Shown piece by piece: positions 19,161 to 28,603 of a DNA stretch of 64,000 bases. The number at the start of each line of letters is the position of its first letter. The stretch's first letter is position 1. Under the pieces are notes generated by a model. It was not told the origin of the DNA. It ran no database searches and saw only the letters and a program-made list of their open reading frames with translations. The stretch is from Candidatus Latescibacterota bacterium (GTDB lineage: Bacteria > Latescibacterota > UBA2968 > UBA8231): contig OZ242318.1 in NCBI GenBank assembly GCA_965208105.1, positions 4,096,001-4,160,000 on the forward strand. The letters are read 5' to 3'. The position numbers and the translations under genes were made by a program.

Positions 19161-19895
19161 TCAGCTTCCGGAGGAGAACCGATCCCTGGTCCAGGCGGCC
19201 ACCCGGTTCACCATTTCGGCGGTGGCATCGGCGCTGAAGACATGGTCCGCAGCGTCGATGGGGACCAGTTGCTTGGGCTCGTTTGCCGCGGCGAAGATGT
19301 CGCGTGAATCCTGAATGGGGACCACGTCGTCCCGGGTCCCATGGACCAGGAGCCAGGGTGCGGAGATCTTCTCTGCCTGCTTCACCACGGTGTGAATTCC
19401 GGTGAGGTCGTCCATGAAGGATCGGGAGAGGGGACAGTCAGGTTCGTCCCACATGCATCCTTCACCGGGTACTACGTCGCCGAACTCGCGGCCCGCGAAG
19501 GCACCGGTGTGGACCATGCCGGCAAGGGAGACCAGAAAGGAGATGCGGCGGTCCTCGGCGGTGCGAAGGACCCCCACGGCGGCCCCCATGCTGTGGCCGG
19601 CGTAGCAGATGGTATAGCCGTCGAGTGCATCGAGTACGGCGCCCAGATCGCCCACTTCCTTGGATATGTTGGAGGCGGTGAATTCACCTTCCGAGTCGCC
19701 GTTGCCTGAAAAGGAGAATCGCAGGGCGGCAATGCCGGCCCCCGCCAGGCCCCGGGCGAGGGCGACCACGAAAGGACGGTCCTTGTTTCCGGTGACCCCG
19801 TGTCCGAGGAGGACGATGTTGCGGGAATCCTTCTCCCCTTCGTGAAAGCTGTAGTCGAGCCGCTCGCCCTGCCGGTTCCTGATTGCGCCAAACAT
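19161..19895 (-). CDS. Alpha/beta fold hydrolase
   Basis: GHSMG nucleophile motif, VHGTRDDVVP and ADHVF; RBS AGGAGG before ATG 19895. Confidence 0.88.
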   Translation of the reverse strand: MFGAIRNRQGERLDYSFHEGEKDSRNIVLLGHGVTGNKDRPFVVALARGLAGAGIAALRFSFSGNGDSEGEFTASNISKEVGDLGAVLDALDGYTICYAGHSMGAAVGVLRTAEDRRISFLVSLAGMVHTGAFAGREFGDVVPGEGCMWDEPDCPLSRSFMDDLTGIHTVVKQAEKISAPWLLVHGTRDDVVPIQDSRDIFAAANEPKQLVPIDAADHVFSADATAEMVNRVAAWTRDRFSSGS

Positions 19896-20206
19896 TGATG
19901 TCCTCCTGGTTGAATTCAAGGTTGTCGACGGCAAGCCCGGATGCCTGGCCATGGATTGGCTCGGGGGTTTACCCGACCTTGTCCGTGGTCGCCCATCAAC
20001 TCCTGCACCGGAGGTCAGCACCGCCGCAAGGCGGATCCAGGGACTACCCGGGAAACGGGCTGCAGGGGCGGCTGCATGAGGGGGATGGAGGTGGCTGGCG
20101 AAAAGGCGGGATGAGATTCCATCCATGCCGGCACGGCGAAGGGGCGGCCCTCCATCTCGGCGCGTCCCTTCCCTTAATCGACTCGGCCCCGCCCCGAGGG
20201 GGGGAC

Positions 20207-21097
20207 TCAGGCCATCTCGTGTTTTTTTCGCGGCTTGTGTGGCGCCGGTTCCTCGCCGGGATTTTCCCTCGTCTGTCCGTCGTCGTCGAGCAGAGGGCGA
20301 TGGTAGACGTAGGCCGGCTCGAGAACGGCGCGCTGCGCTTCGGAGAGCTCTCCGACCCACTCCGGCAGCCTGGTCTCCACGTAATCCTGGTGGAAGCTGA
20401 GGTACTTGGGGCCGTAGCGGTAAAAGAGGGAGCGACGGTTGTGGTCCGCGGTCCAGGGCAGGGCCCCGTGAATCGTCGCCTCAAGGAAGATCACCATGTC
20501 GCCGGCTTTGCCGGCCACGTTGCGCACCACCTCCTGGTTGGTGTTGTAGAGCATGATGTCTTCGGGGCACTTGAAGTTGGCCTTGTGGCTGCCGGGAATG
20601 ACCGCGATTCCGCCGTCCCCCGGATTGATATCGTGAAGCTGGAACTGGAAGACGGCGAGCCCGGTGCGGATCTGCCCGTTGGCGAAGTGGTAGAACTGGC
20701 CGCCGTCGAAGATTCTGCTGGTGGCCCCGTGCAGGCCGTGGCCTCCGGTGCCCTTCCTGGCGAAGCTGACGAAGGGCAGGTGGTCCAGTCTCCAGCCGCG
20801 TCCGAAGATGGTATTGAGGTAGGGGATGAGCCTGGGATGGGCAAGCAGGTCGCGGAAGGGCTGGCACCAGGGCTGCGGCCAGGTGAGCATGTCGTTGGCG
20901 CCCCCCTTTCCATACTGTCCGTCCATGCCGCCTCCGTAGGGGCTTCCCTCCGGGAAGAACCCTTCCGCCTCCTCGTCCACGTTGGCGTCAACCGCGGCGT
21001 TGAGGGCAGAAACTTCTTCGGGGGAGAGGAAGTTTTCGACGTGCAGGAAGCCCTGCAGGTCGAAGAGGAACTTCTCCCGTTCGCTCATTTCAATCAT
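20207..21097 (-). CDS. PhyH-family Fe(II)/2-oxoglutarate dioxygenase, paralog 1
   Basis: FDLQGFL, VIPGSHK, AGD..IF.EATIHG and RRSLFYRY. Confidence 0.88.
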   Translation of the reverse strand: MIEMSEREKFLFDLQGFLHVENFLSPEEVSALNAAVDANVDEEAEGFFPEGSPYGGGMDGQYGKGGANDMLTWPQPWCQPFRDLLAHPRLIPYLNTIFGRGWRLDHLPFVSFARKGTGGHGLHGATSRIFDGGQFYHFANGQIRTGLAVFQFQLHDINPGDGGIAVIPGSHKANFKCPEDIMLYNTNQEVVRNVAGKAGDMVIFLEATIHGALPWTADHNRRSLFYRYGPKYLSFHQDYVETRLPEWVGELSEAQRAVLEPAYVYHRPLLDDDGQTRENPGEEPAPHKPRKKHEMA

Positions 21098-21117
21098 GGT
21101 CCTATCCTCGCATTGGT

Positions 21118-21999
21118 CTAGTAGCCGCGCTCCGCCACGGACCGCGGTATGTGGGGTATGGGTTCCTGCATGGGCCGGACCACGGTGACGCCGTCGTCCT
21201 CCAGGAGGGGCCGATCGGTCATGTATGCCGGTTCCAGGGCGGCGCGCTGGGCATCGGTGAGCTCGTCGGCCCAGGGCGGCGGCTGGGTGGTGCAAAGTCC
21301 CAGGCCGGACTGCAGGTACTTCGGGTTGTAGCGGTAGAGCAGTGAGCGCCGGTCGTGGTCCGCCTTCCAGGGCAGTGAGCCGTGGATGGTGGCCTCGAAG
21401 AAGATCACCAGATCGCCGGCTTTGCTGGCCACCTGGCGCACTGCCTGGTGGTCGGCTTCGTAGAGCATGATGTCTTCGGGGCACTTGAAGTTGGCCTTGT
21501 GGCTGCCGGGAATGACCGCAATGCCCCCGTCCCCTGGCTCGATGTCGCGGAGCTGGAACTGAAATACCGTTTGGCCCGCGCGGATTTCGCCGTTGGTGAA
21601 AGTGTAGTAGTAGCTGCCGTTGAAGTGGCGGTTGGTGAAGCCGTGGAGCCCGTGTCCTCCCGATCCCCTGGTCGACACCAACAGACCGGGCCCCGAGTCG
21701 AGGCGCCAGCCGCGTCCGAAGATGGTGTTGAGATAGGGGACCAGCCGGGGATGGGCGATGAGGTCGCGAAAGGGCAGGCAATGGGGCTTCTCCCAGGTCA
21801 GCATGCCGGAAATGCTGCGCCTGCCCCTGGTGCCCAGCATGCCGCCCCCGTACATCTTGGAATCTTCGCTGTACTCGTCCTGGTGGACGTCCACGGCGGC
21901 GTTGAGGGCATCCACTTCCTCGCTGGTGAGGACGTTCTCGACGTGCAGGAAGCCCTGCAGGTCGAGGAGAAACTTCTCGCGCTCGCTTATTTCGATCAT
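21118..21999 (-). CDS. PhyH-family Fe(II)/2-oxoglutarate dioxygenase, paralog 2
   Basis: Collinear with paralog 1: LDLQGFL, VIPGSHK, EATIHG and RRSLLYRY. Confidence 0.88.
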   Translation of the reverse strand: MIEISEREKFLLDLQGFLHVENVLTSEEVDALNAAVDVHQDEYSEDSKMYGGGMLGTRGRRSISGMLTWEKPHCLPFRDLIAHPRLVPYLNTIFGRGWRLDSGPGLLVSTRGSGGHGLHGFTNRHFNGSYYYTFTNGEIRAGQTVFQFQLRDIEPGDGGIAVIPGSHKANFKCPEDIMLYEADHQAVRQVASKAGDLVIFFEATIHGSLPWKADHDRRSLLYRYNPKYLQSGLGLCTTQPPPWADELTDAQRAALEPAYMTDRPLLEDDGVTVVRPMQEPIPHIPRSVAERGY

Positions 22000-22107
22000 G
22001 GCCTGAACCTCGAGTCTTCCTTCGTGATGGGCAGATTCCGCGCTGCGGCAGCGGTAGAATATATGGCGGTCATGGCGGTTGAACAACAGCGGCCGCCGGG
22101 CCCCCGG

Positions 22108-23184
22108 CTACACGGTCTCTTCCGCGCCGGAGGCCGCCGAGCGATAGGCGGCCTCGAGCAGTTCAATGGCTCGCATCCCTGCCCAGCCCGGCGCCAGGTT
22201 GGCCGCGGTTTTGCCGAGTATCAGGTCGACGAAGTTGTTGGGTGGGCCCGTGCATTCGTAGGCGCCGGCGTCCGCATCGACCGCTGCCACCGCGTGGTTG
22301 CCGTCGTAGCGCCGCAGTTCCATGCGGGCGCGCTCGCAGTCCAGCAGCAGCATTCCCTCGGAGCCGAAAACGCGGATATCGACGTGGAATGGGCGATCGT
22401 AGGGCACGTTGCCGGCGCCGCTGACGGTGCCGATGGACCCGCCGTCGAAGCGCACCGCGATGGCGTCGTAGAGATCGACCCTGGCTCCCGGGCCGCTCAT
22501 CAGGCCGAAGACGCTCGCCGCCCGAAGGCCGGTGAGCCAGAACATCAGGCCGGTGGAATGAGCGGCCTGGGCGTAGCCGTAGCCTCCGCCGGCCATCCCG
22601 GGGTCGGCCCAGGTGGCCGCGCCAGGCTCGAAAAGGGTGTCGCCCGACTGTCCGCCTCCATCTTCCACTTTCATGCCCTCGCCGCTGAGCAGGCTGCGAA
22701 TGGGCGAGGCCATGTGGCAGAGCACGTACTCGATGGCACCCGCGGCGCCCCCGTCCAAAAGCTCCTTGGCCTGCTGGATGAAGGGCTTGTAGTGCCATCC
22801 GTAGGGCACCATCAGGTGGAGGCCCCTGGCCGAGGCCAGACGCACCATTTCGCGGGCGTGTTCGGCCCGGGTGGTCATGGGTTTCTCGCACATGACGTGG
22901 ATGCCCTTGTCCAGAGCGGCCCGGGCGTGGTCGAAATGGAGGGTGTGGGGCGAAGCGACGATCACTCCGTCCAGCTCGCAGTTCTGCAGTAGTTCGCGGT
23001 AGTCCTCGGTGGCGTAGGAAAACCCGAACCTCTCCTTCACCTGGTCGAGTTCCTCTCTTCCAAGGCGGCAAACGGCGACCATTTCCACGTCGTCCCTCTG
23101 GGCGAGCAGGGGCATGTGGTTTGCCGTCGCCCACCAGCCGGCGCCGATGAAGCCCAGGCGGGCCTTTTGGGGTGTAGCGCTCAT
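22108..23184 (-). CDS. Gfo/Idh/MocA family oxidoreductase
   Basis: FIGAGWWA, VASPH..H and HVMCEKPM. Confidence 0.9.
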   Translation of the reverse strand: MSATPQKARLGFIGAGWWATANHMPLLAQRDDVEMVAVCRLGREELDQVKERFGFSYATEDYRELLQNCELDGVIVASPHTLHFDHARAALDKGIHVMCEKPMTTRAEHAREMVRLASARGLHLMVPYGWHYKPFIQQAKELLDGGAAGAIEYVLCHMASPIRSLLSGEGMKVEDGGGQSGDTLFEPGAATWADPGMAGGGYGYAQAAHSTGLMFWLTGLRAASVFGLMSGPGARVDLYDAIAVRFDGGSIGTVSGAGNVPYDRPFHVDIRVFGSEGMLLLDCERARMELRRYDGNHAVAAVDADAGAYECTGPPNNFVDLILGKTAANLAPGWAGMRAIELLEAAYRSAASGAEETV

Positions 23185-23347
23185 CGCTCCATCTCCTTGC
23201 GATTATTTGGTGAACTGCGGTAAAATACGGTATTCCCTCGGGTGGCGAAACAGGTTTGATCGCATTTGACAGAACCAGCCGCAGTTGAGATACTTGGACG
23301 TTTCCTGCCTGAGCTCGGCTGCAACCAGGGTGTCGAAAGGAAGGTCC

Positions 23348-23995
23348 ATGTCCAGGAAGGCTTTGATTGTGCAGGGTGGCTGGGAGGGACACGAGCCCGG
23401 GGAATGCGCCGATTTCTGGGCATCTGTCCTGGCGCAGGAAGGATTCGAGGTCAGAGTCTCCCCGACCATGGACTCCTACAAGGATGCGAAGGCGATGGCG
23501 GCACTCAGTCTCATCGTCCCGGTCTGGACTATGGGCACCATCGAAGCGGACCAGCTTCAGGGGCTGTCCGACGCCGTCGCAGGCGGCGTGGGCATAGCCG
23601 GCTGGCACGGTGGAATGGCCGATTCATTCCGCGACAGTCCGGCCTACCAGTTCCTGGTGGGCGGCCAGTTCATTTCGCACCCCGACGGCATAAAGGATTA
23701 CCAGGTCGACATAGTCATGCGCGACGATCCCATCGTCGCCGGGCTCGAAAACTTTTCGGTTCGCAGCGAGCAGTACTACATGCACGTGGACCCGGGCAAC
23801 GAGGTGCTGGCCACCACCACCTTCAACGCCGAGAGTGCCCCCTGGGTCACCGGCACCGTGATGCCGGTGGCGTGGAAGCGCAGGTGGGGCGAGGGCCGGG
23901 TTTTCTATTCGTCGCTAGGGCATAAGGCCGCCGACTTCGAGGTGGCCGAGGTCAGGGAAATCCAGCGCCGCGGCATGCTTTGGGCGAGCAGGTGA
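23348..23995 (+). CDS. ThuA-like (trehalose utilisation/GATase1-like) domain protein
   Basis: GGWEGHEP, GWHGG, GGQFISHP, SEQYYMH and GRVFYSSLGH. Confidence 0.88.
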   Translation: MSRKALIVQGGWEGHEPGECADFWASVLAQEGFEVRVSPTMDSYKDAKAMAALSLIVPVWTMGTIEADQLQGLSDAVAGGVGIAGWHGGMADSFRDSPAYQFLVGGQFISHPDGIKDYQVDIVMRDDPIVAGLENFSVRSEQYYMHVDPGNEVLATTTFNAESAPWVTGTVMPVAWKRRWGEGRVFYSSLGHKAADFEVAEVREIQRRGMLWASR

Positions 23996-23996
23996 C

Positions 23997-24162
23997 TAGT
24001 GTCCCGTCGCAGAGATAGGTTGATGAAATTGGGCCGCCGAGGCGCCCGGCTCACAAGGCGCCAGAGCGAGTCGTACCGGGGGTGTACGGCGAGTGAAGGC
24101 AACGCCGTGAGCCGGGATGGATCGGCGGAAAAATGGCGACATATTTCTGCGACGGGACATTA
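23997..24162. mobile_element. 166-bp non-autonomous palindromic element (MITE/ERIC-like)
   Basis: 21-bp terminal inverted repeats (23997-24017 and 24142-24162; 19/21 match) bounded by TA. Internal perfect 10-bp stem CCCGGCTCAC/GTGAGCCGGG and a central GTAC hairpin. Confidence 0.75.
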
Positions 24163-24164
24163 GG

Positions 24165-24350
24165 ATGGGATTGGCAGCCGCCTTCAGACAGGCGCAGGTC
24201 GACCGCCGCGTGAGCCATGCCCTTGGAACCCTGCACCGCAGCCGGCGCGGGATGCCGCGGCGAAGGTGGTTGCTACTGGGCTTCGCGGTGGGTTTGGCAG
24301 CGGCCATGGCGCTGCTTTGGAGCCTGCGGCGGGAGAGGTCACGAGGATGA
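24165..24350 (+). CDS. Putative small membrane protein
   Basis: 61 aa with one hydrophobic helix flanked by Arg residues; stop overlaps the next ATG (ATGA). Confidence 0.4.
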   Translation: MGLAAAFRQAQVDRRVSHALGTLHRSRRGMPRRRWLLLGFAVGLAAAMALLWSLRRERSRG

Positions 24351-25072
24351 AGCGAAAGAGGGTTCTGATCACCGGAGCCGCCGGCAGGATCGGCCGGGTA
24401 TTGCACCAGGGCCTGAAGGGGCGCTACGATCTGCGCCTGCTCTACCACCGGACCGTGCTGCAGGCCTCCGAGGGAGAAGAGGTTTTCCTGGCCAGCATCG
24501 CCGATCTGGAAAAGATGGAGGAGGTGGTGGATGGGGTGGATGCCATCGTCCACATGGCCGGCGACCCTTCCCTCGGAGCTTCCTGGGAATCGGTCCTGGA
24601 GAAGAACATCAAGGGGACCTACAATCTCTACGAGGCTGCGCGCCGCAAGAGGGTGAAGCGCGTGGTCTTTGCAAGCACGAACCACGTCACCGGGTATTAC
24701 GAGCAGGAAGGAATCTACACCACCCCGGACATGCCGGCGCGACCCGACAGCTACTACGGGGCCAGCAAGGCCTTCGGCGAAGACCTGGGGCGCTACTACG
24801 CCGACGCCCATGGCCTGGAGGTGATTTGCCTGCGCATCGGCTCCTTCCAGCCACGGGAGGCGGTGGCGAACCGCAAGAACCAGCGCATCCTGTCGACCTG
24901 GCTCAGCCACCGGGATTGCGTCCAGTTGACCTGGCGCAGCATAGAGGCGGAGGCGGTCAAGTTCGGTGTTTTCTACGGCATATCCGCCAACACCCGGGCC
25001 TATTGGGACATCGAGAACGGACGGCGGCTGCTGGGCTACGAACCGGAGGACGACGCCGAGGAATTAGCCTGA
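24347..25072 (+). CDS. NAD-dependent epimerase/dehydratase, uronate dehydrogenase-like
   Basis: TGAAGRIG, FASTNH, YGASKAFGE, LRIGS and WLS.RD. Confidence 0.85.
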   Translation: MKRKRVLITGAAGRIGRVLHQGLKGRYDLRLLYHRTVLQASEGEEVFLASIADLEKMEEVVDGVDAIVHMAGDPSLGASWESVLEKNIKGTYNLYEAARRKRVKRVVFASTNHVTGYYEQEGIYTTPDMPARPDSYYGASKAFGEDLGRYYADAHGLEVICLRIGSFQPREAVANRKNQRILSTWLSHRDCVQLTWRSIEAEAVKFGVFYGISANTRAYWDIENGRRLLGYEPEDDAEELA

Positions 25073-25186
25073 GTGCAAAGCTGCGTATGCCGGGGGTGCC
25101 CCTGCGCTCCACGGTGCGGGAATTGCGCGTTTCCACGGGTAATTGCAGTTCGACACCACTGAACCTGTTTCAGGAAAGGACCAAGG

Positions 25187-25921
25187 ATGACCGAGCAGGG
25201 ACTCTCACAGGCCGATCTGGATCTGCTGCGTAAATTCGACACGCCCACCATCTGCAACGTCATTGAGGTGTTCGCGCTGCAGCCGCGAAACGTGGGCTAC
25301 ATGGACAGCCGCATCAAGGCCTGCTTTCCGGAGATGCCTCCAATGGTGGGATACGCGGCTACCGCCACCTACCGGGGTGCCGCTCCGGCGCAGGGAGACG
25401 TGTACGCCACCATGGACAGGCAGGTGGCCCGGTTCGGCGAGATTCCCGGTCCCCCGGTGCTGGTCTACCAGGATCTGGACATGCCCTCGGTGGCGGCTAC
25501 CTTCGGCGAGGTGATGTGCTCCGTCTTCCAGGCCTTCGGAGCCGTGGGTCTGGTCACCAGCGGCGCCGCACGCGACCTGGACCAGGTGCGCGGCATCGAC
25601 TTTCCCGCCTTCAGCAACGGGGTTATCTGCTCCCACGGCTACGGCCATGCCGTCGACCTGCACGTTCCCGTCCAGGCAGGGGGGGTCACGGTTCACCCTG
25701 GTGATCTTCTTCACGGCGACTGCAACGGGGTGACCCTCATCCCCCACCAGATCGCCTCGGAGGTGGCTCAGGTCAGCGCCGAATTCGTTGCGGCCGAGGA
25801 GATCGTCCTCGACTACGTCAAGGGTGATTCGCCAACCCCCGAGGGAGTGGCCGCGGCGCGGGCAGAGTACGCCAGCGTGGTGGAGAAGTTGAGCGCGAGA
25901 GTTCAGGCCAAGGGGCGCTGA
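25187..25921 (+). CDS. RraA/HMG aldolase family protein
   Basis: DTPTICN, FGEVM, GAARD and PGDLLHGDCNGV. Confidence 0.88.
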   Translation: MTEQGLSQADLDLLRKFDTPTICNVIEVFALQPRNVGYMDSRIKACFPEMPPMVGYAATATYRGAAPAQGDVYATMDRQVARFGEIPGPPVLVYQDLDMPSVAATFGEVMCSVFQAFGAVGLVTSGAARDLDQVRGIDFPAFSNGVICSHGYGHAVDLHVPVQAGGVTVHPGDLLHGDCNGVTLIPHQIASEVAQVSAEFVAAEEIVLDYVKGDSPTPEGVAAARAEYASVVEKLSARVQAKGR

Positions 25922-25957
25922 GCCCGCAAGCGGAGCTCTATCCCGCCCATCCAACCG

Positions 25958-27187
25958 TCAATGCCCGGCCGCCGCTCGAGCCAGGACGGCGGGCAGTTCC
26001 TCCAGAGTCGCGGATCGTTTCTGGAGCGGGCGTTGTTCCATGGTCAGGAAGGTCTCGCGGTACCCGGACCCGCTCACCACGGCAACCACGGTATCCTGTC
26101 TCCCGATTCTACCCGATCCAAGCAGCTTGGACAGTCCAGCAAGGCTTGCGCCGCTGGAGGGCTCAACGAAGAGTCCCTCGTTGCGCCCGACGTGGCTCTG
26201 GGCGTTCAATGCCTCGGCGTCGCTGACGGAAAGGAAGAAACCCTGCGAGGCACGAACCGCGCCGAGGGCGTCCATGCCGTCGGGCGGATAGGGGTGGGCA
26301 AGCTTGACCAGAATGGAGGGCGGTGCGTCGTGGAAGGGAAGGGCGAGCAGGTCTTCCCGTTCTTCCATGCCGGTATCGAAGGCGGTTTCCAGGGCGTTGT
26401 AGTCGCGCGGCACCACTCCGATCATCCTCGGCAGAGCCGAGATTCTGCCCATGGCCTCCAGGTCCCTGAAGCCGCGCCAGATCCCGGCGATGGTGCCGCC
26501 GCCTCCCACCGGCACCACCACCCACTCGGGAGCTCGCCCCAGATCCTCCACGATTTCATAGGCGACGGTCTTGTTGCCTTCGCTCTGGTAGGGATTGGCG
26601 CTTCGCGTGGTGGTGTTGGGGTACAGTCCTTGCTCGCGGCAGGCGCTGGTGACCTTCTCTACCATTGTGTCGATTTCTCCCTCCACTTCCACCAGGACAG
26701 CTCCCAGGGCGAACATGGGGTAGAGCCGCTGCGGCGGACTGCCCGCCGACATCACCACCACGCTGACCATGCCGGCGCGGGAAGACAGGGCTGCGTTGGA
26801 GATGCCGGCGCTGCCGGTGGAGATCACGATGGAGGAGCGGGCGCCCATGGCGCGGCCGTGGTTGATGCCGACCGACAGGGAACGGTCCTTGTGCGACCCG
26901 GTGGGATTGCGGGTCTCGTCTTTGAGGTAGACGTGGTCGAAGCCGGGGTATGCGCGGACCTGGAGCAGCGGCGTTCCGCCCTCGCCCAGGGTGGAGATCC
27001 GTTCCGGATCGGGAACGGGCAGGAGCGGCCAGTAGCGCCACATATTGCCTTTGAAGCCCTCGTCCCAGGCCACTGCCGCGTAGTCGTAGCGAAATTCCAG
27101 GTAGCCGTTACAGGCTGAGCAGACGAGGGCGGCGGGGTCCTGCTGGATGGTCCTGCAATCGGAGCAGACAGGTTGATAGTGACTCAT
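25958..27187 (-). CDS. Threonine synthase-like PLP enzyme
   Basis: LGEGGTPL, NPTGSHKDR (PLP Lys), EGNKT, PVGGGG and EPSS; N-terminal CxxC..CxxC. Confidence 0.85.
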   Translation of the reverse strand: MSHYQPVCSDCRTIQQDPAALVCSACNGYLEFRYDYAAVAWDEGFKGNMWRYWPLLPVPDPERISTLGEGGTPLLQVRAYPGFDHVYLKDETRNPTGSHKDRSLSVGINHGRAMGARSSIVISTGSAGISNAALSSRAGMVSVVVMSAGSPPQRLYPMFALGAVLVEVEGEIDTMVEKVTSACREQGLYPNTTTRSANPYQSEGNKTVAYEIVEDLGRAPEWVVVPVGGGGTIAGIWRGFRDLEAMGRISALPRMIGVVPRDYNALETAFDTGMEEREDLLALPFHDAPPSILVKLAHPYPPDGMDALGAVRASQGFFLSVSDAEALNAQSHVGRNEGLFVEPSSGASLAGLSKLLGSGRIGRQDTVVAVVSGSGYRETFLTMEQRPLQKRSATLEELPAVLARAAAGH

Positions 27188-27306
27188 TGATCAATTTCCA
27201 TGCGGTTTTCCGGCGTCCTCCGGATCCAATCCGGCGCGCCGGGCTGAGATGATGAAGGTCCCCCGGATCGATGGAAATCGCCGTCTGCAGGGGCTGCGGG
27301 CGGCCG

Positions 27307-28494
27307 TCAGTCCCGGAAGGGATCGAATTCATCCTCTCCGGCCATGGCCACGCCCACCGGCTTCAGGGTGTGGAGGATCCTGATGGTCCCGCCGTGGTGC
27401 TCCAGCACCTGGGGCAGGCGCTTGTAGCAGTGGGGCGATTCGTCGGTGCCTGCGCCGCGAAGCTCGACTCCCGCTTCCCTCACCCACTGCTGCATCATTT
27501 CCTTGCTGATGATGCCCCGGCTGTCCCGCGCCCGTCTCCCGCGGCGCCATCTTCGCCTGCCCGCCGCGCGGGTGCGCGAGAGAACCCGGCCGGCCCCGTG
27601 CACCGTGGAGTAAAGCGCGGCCTTGCTCTCTTCGCTTTCCACCCCCTCGACGATCACCGAGATATCGCCCATGGTGCCGCCGACGAACCCCTTCTGGCCC
27701 GGCCAGGCGGGGGTGGCTCCCTTGCGCACCACCCAGAGGTCGCGCCCGGAGTGATTCTCCAGCCAGGCGAAATTGTGGTGGTTGTGCACCTCCTCCAGGA
27801 TCTCCGCGCCCATGATGGAGGCCACTTTGGCGCACACCCAGTCGCGTCCTGCGTAGGCATAGCGTCCCGCCATCTTCATACAGGCGACGTACTCCCTGCC
27901 GAGGTCCGAGTCGGCAGCCAGGACCACCGGGTCCACGTGCATGCCGTCGCGTCCGCCGCCGGCCTTGATGAAGTGGGTGGCGAGCTTGTGACCCAGGCCG
28001 CGGGAGCCGAAGTGCACCCCGCACCAGACCCGGCGGCGCTCGTCGACGAAGAGATCGACGAAGTGGTTGCCCGATCCGATGGTGCCCAGTTGGCTCCGCG
28101 CAAGGTCTTTCAGGGGGGCGGCCGCGCGAACCTCCCAGGCCGGGTCGTCGTAGAACAAGCCGTGGTCCACGGCTTCCTTGTTCTTGCGCCCGATGCCGAA
28201 GGACAGAGCGCTCCAGATGGAGTCCATGATGGCGGCGATGTCGGCCTCCACCGCGTCGGCGTCAGCGTCGAGGAGCACGGCCTTGTTGCCGCAGGAGATG
28301 TCGTAGCCCACCCCGGAGGGACTGATGCGGCCCTCGTAGGCCACAACTCCCCCGATGGGCACGGCGTAGCCCAGGTGGTGGTCGGCCATCAGGGCGGCCC
28401 CCTGGGAGTCCCTGGCGCAGTGGACGATCTGCTTCACGGCGTCCTCCAGGGGTGCGCCCCAGACCGGGACACCGTCGATGGTCCGGAAGGACAT
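27307..28494 (-). CDS. rtcB: RNA-splicing ligase RtcB
   Basis: DHHLGY..PIGG, GYDISCG, GTIGSGNHF, HFGSRG, HNHHN, RKGAT, HGAGR and DESP..YK. Confidence 0.93.
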   Translation of the reverse strand: MSFRTIDGVPVWGAPLEDAVKQIVHCARDSQGAALMADHHLGYAVPIGGVVAYEGRISPSGVGYDISCGNKAVLLDADADAVEADIAAIMDSIWSALSFGIGRKNKEAVDHGLFYDDPAWEVRAAAPLKDLARSQLGTIGSGNHFVDLFVDERRRVWCGVHFGSRGLGHKLATHFIKAGGGRDGMHVDPVVLAADSDLGREYVACMKMAGRYAYAGRDWVCAKVASIMGAEILEEVHNHHNFAWLENHSGRDLWVVRKGATPAWPGQKGFVGGTMGDISVIVEGVESEESKAALYSTVHGAGRVLSRTRAAGRRRWRRGRRARDSRGIISKEMMQQWVREAGVELRGAGTDESPHCYKRLPQVLEHHGGTIRILHTLKPVGVAMAGEDEFDPFRD

Positions 28495-28603
28495 CTTCAG
28501 GTCGTCCTCCGCGCCGACGGATGTTGCATGGAGATTTCTTTCTAACCGCTTTCGCGCCCTGCATGGCGCCGGTGGAAGTCCGGCACCGCCGACTGGAGAC
28601 GAC

